The notes under the pieces: generated by a model
Database searches by the model: none
What the model saw: the letters and a program-made list of their open reading frames with translations, nothing else
Told to the model about the DNA's origin: nothing
Origin: Antricoccus suffuscus
Lineage (GTDB): Bacteria > Actinomycetota > Actinomycetes > Mycobacteriales > Antricoccaceae
Length of the DNA stretch: 64,000 nucleotides
Direction of reading: 5' to 3'
Assembly: GCF_003003235.1 (NCBI RefSeq)
Contig: NZ_PVUE01000003.1
Span: 181,150-245,149 of the forward strand
Part shown: in pieces, positions 62,602-64,000 of the stretch
How positions within the stretch are numbered: the first letter of the stretch is position 1
Layout of the letters: the number at the start of each line of letters is the position of its first letter
Made by a program: the position numbers and the translations under genes

Positions 62602-63409
62602 TGACGTCGAGCCCCAGGTCGTCCTGAGCGGCCTCCACATAGAGATCGACCTTTTCGCCGGTCGCGGTGTAGACGGCATGCTGATCGAAGTGTGCGTTGA
62701 GCAGTACGACGAGCTCGTCGACCGACTTCGGCGCAGCGGCCTGCTGGGTGAGGGCCCGGGCGATCAGACCGCGACTGTGTTTGGCCATGTGGGATACGAC
62801 CGTGCGTACGCCCGCCTGCTCTCGGAAAACCCGCACCGGGACGTATCGCTTGGTGAGAGTGCCGCTGGGCCTCCACGATGCGGCGTACGTCGAGGACCGG
62901 CAGTCGATGATCAGGCCGCGCGCCGCGGCATCGGTCATCGGCTCGTCGAGCATCGGCTTCCAGAATCTCGCGAGTCCGCCGAGCCTCGGCAGTGACACCG
63001 ACATCGATAGCCGGTACGCCGGAATCCGGTCGGTCAGCCGCACCGCACCCCAGAGTGCCGAGGAGACGACGACCTGCCGGGCGGCGCGTCGTTTAGCGGC
63101 AGGGTCGAGGTCGGCGTACCCGAACGCGTCGAACAGTACGCCGGTATAGACCTTCCAGGCTGGCGCCGCGGGGGCGTCGAGTAGGTCGGCGTTGGCCGCG
63201 ACGAGCTCGCCAAGTCCGGCCGGGACCTTGAGCACCTTCAGTGCGTCTGCGCCGCCGGACACCTCGATGAGCGACTTGGCCACCTCGTGCCGCGCGGATG
63301 TCAGTTCTGGGAACGACAGCGAACTCACATCGACCGGTTTCCCGGTCGATGCTTGGGTTTTACCCTCGGACGGCGGTAGCAAGATCAGCACTGGCCCATC
63401 ATCTCGCAC
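62591..63409 (-). CDS. YaaA-family peroxide stress protein (UPF0246 / DUF328)
   Basis: N-terminal LILLPPSEGKT and overall UPF0246 pattern. Converges on the OsmC gene. Confidence 0.8.
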   Translation of the reverse strand: MRDDGPVLILLPPSEGKTQASTGKPVDVSSLSFPELTSARHEVAKSLIEVSGGADALKVLKVPAGLGELVAANADLLDAPAAPAWKVYTGVLFDAFGYADLDPAAKRRAARQVVVSSALWGAVRLTDRIPAYRLSMSVSLPRLGGLARFWKPMLDEPMTDAAARGLIIDCRSSTYAASWRPSGTLTKRYVPVRVFREQAGVRTVVSHMAKHSRGLIARALTQQAAAPKSVDELVVLLNAHFDQHAVYTATGEKVDLYVEAAQDDLGLDVITT

Positions 63410-63490
63410 CTCCGGCCGTCCGTCACGAATGTCCGGCCGTCCGTCGTGCTGACGTTGTGCTCGGTATCGTCACTGACCGGAATGGTCTAA

Positions 63491-64000
63491 CGTCGTCGCC
63501 ATGGAGATCTCCCCGTCGTCGCGACTCGCCCGTCAACTCGGCTCGGTATTGGAACCGATCGTCGGACAGGTGTACTTCTCGCCCGAAGCACACGCGAACT
63601 ATGTGGCGCTCGGGTTCGACGCCAGCCGCGGAGACGCGAACGGCGTTGCGCTGCCGGACGGTCCGTCGTACTTCGCCAGCCGAGGAAGCGTGCTGGGCCA
63701 GGTCTCCGGCGAGGTGATCGCGGCGGGATTCGGTGTGTTCAGCCCGGCTGTCGTCGTACCGTCGGTGAAACTGGCGTGGACCCGGACCGACGCAGCCACA
63801 ATCCGCGCCGCTCGCGCCGAGGGCGCCCTCGCCCAACTCCGCCGCCTCCTGGGTGAGCACCCCGACGGCACAGACCGTGGACTCGAACTGCTCGCCCGCG
63901 CGGCCGCCGTACTGTCGATCACGGGTCGGCCGATGGCGGCGGGGATCAGGTCTTTGCCGTTACCGTCCGATCCGCTGGCGGCGCTCTGGCACGTGGGCGA
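63491..64000 (+). CDS. Conserved actinobacterial hypothetical protein (3'-truncated by window edge)
   Basis: Open frame from ATG 63491 to the window end with protein-like composition (LEPIVGQVYFSPEAHANYVALGFD ...). No recognised domain. Confidence 0.45.

Overview
High-GC (~70%) actinobacterial chromosomal segment, gene-dense, mostly core genome with no transposases, integrases or CRISPR arrays. The right half (43.8-53.8 kb) is the conserved ppa-dacB-Zn metalloprotease-tilS-hpt-ftsH-folE-folP-folB-folK-DUF3180 housekeeping block, syntenic with the Mycobacterium Rv3628..Rv3605c region. Other recognisable genes are topA (with its Lys-rich repeat tail), tmk-holB-PSP1, tRNA-Thr, pepN, tam, mgtE, xthA, a Dpp/Nik-type ABC importer next to an ArsR regulator, and a stress cluster (YceI, MarR, beta-carbonic anhydrase, OsmC, YaaA). 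Candidate new biology, in order of my own interest: (1) a co-directional lysX - sensor kinase - response regulator - PAP2 phosphatase cluster that looks like a regulated membrane-charge-remodelling module. (2) An MFS transporter fused to a P-loop-dead thymidylate-kinase-like domain directly upstream of the real tmk, and in frame with the upstream phosphoesterase across a single TAG, with no canonical start codon. (3) An aidB-like / AlkZ(YcaQ)-like pair that looks like a DNA alkylation/crosslink-repair operon. (4) A His-tailed ArsR sensor with a perfect palindromic operator facing an ABC importer. (5) Several small repeat and hairpin elements. All functional calls are from reading motifs in the translations; no database search was possible.
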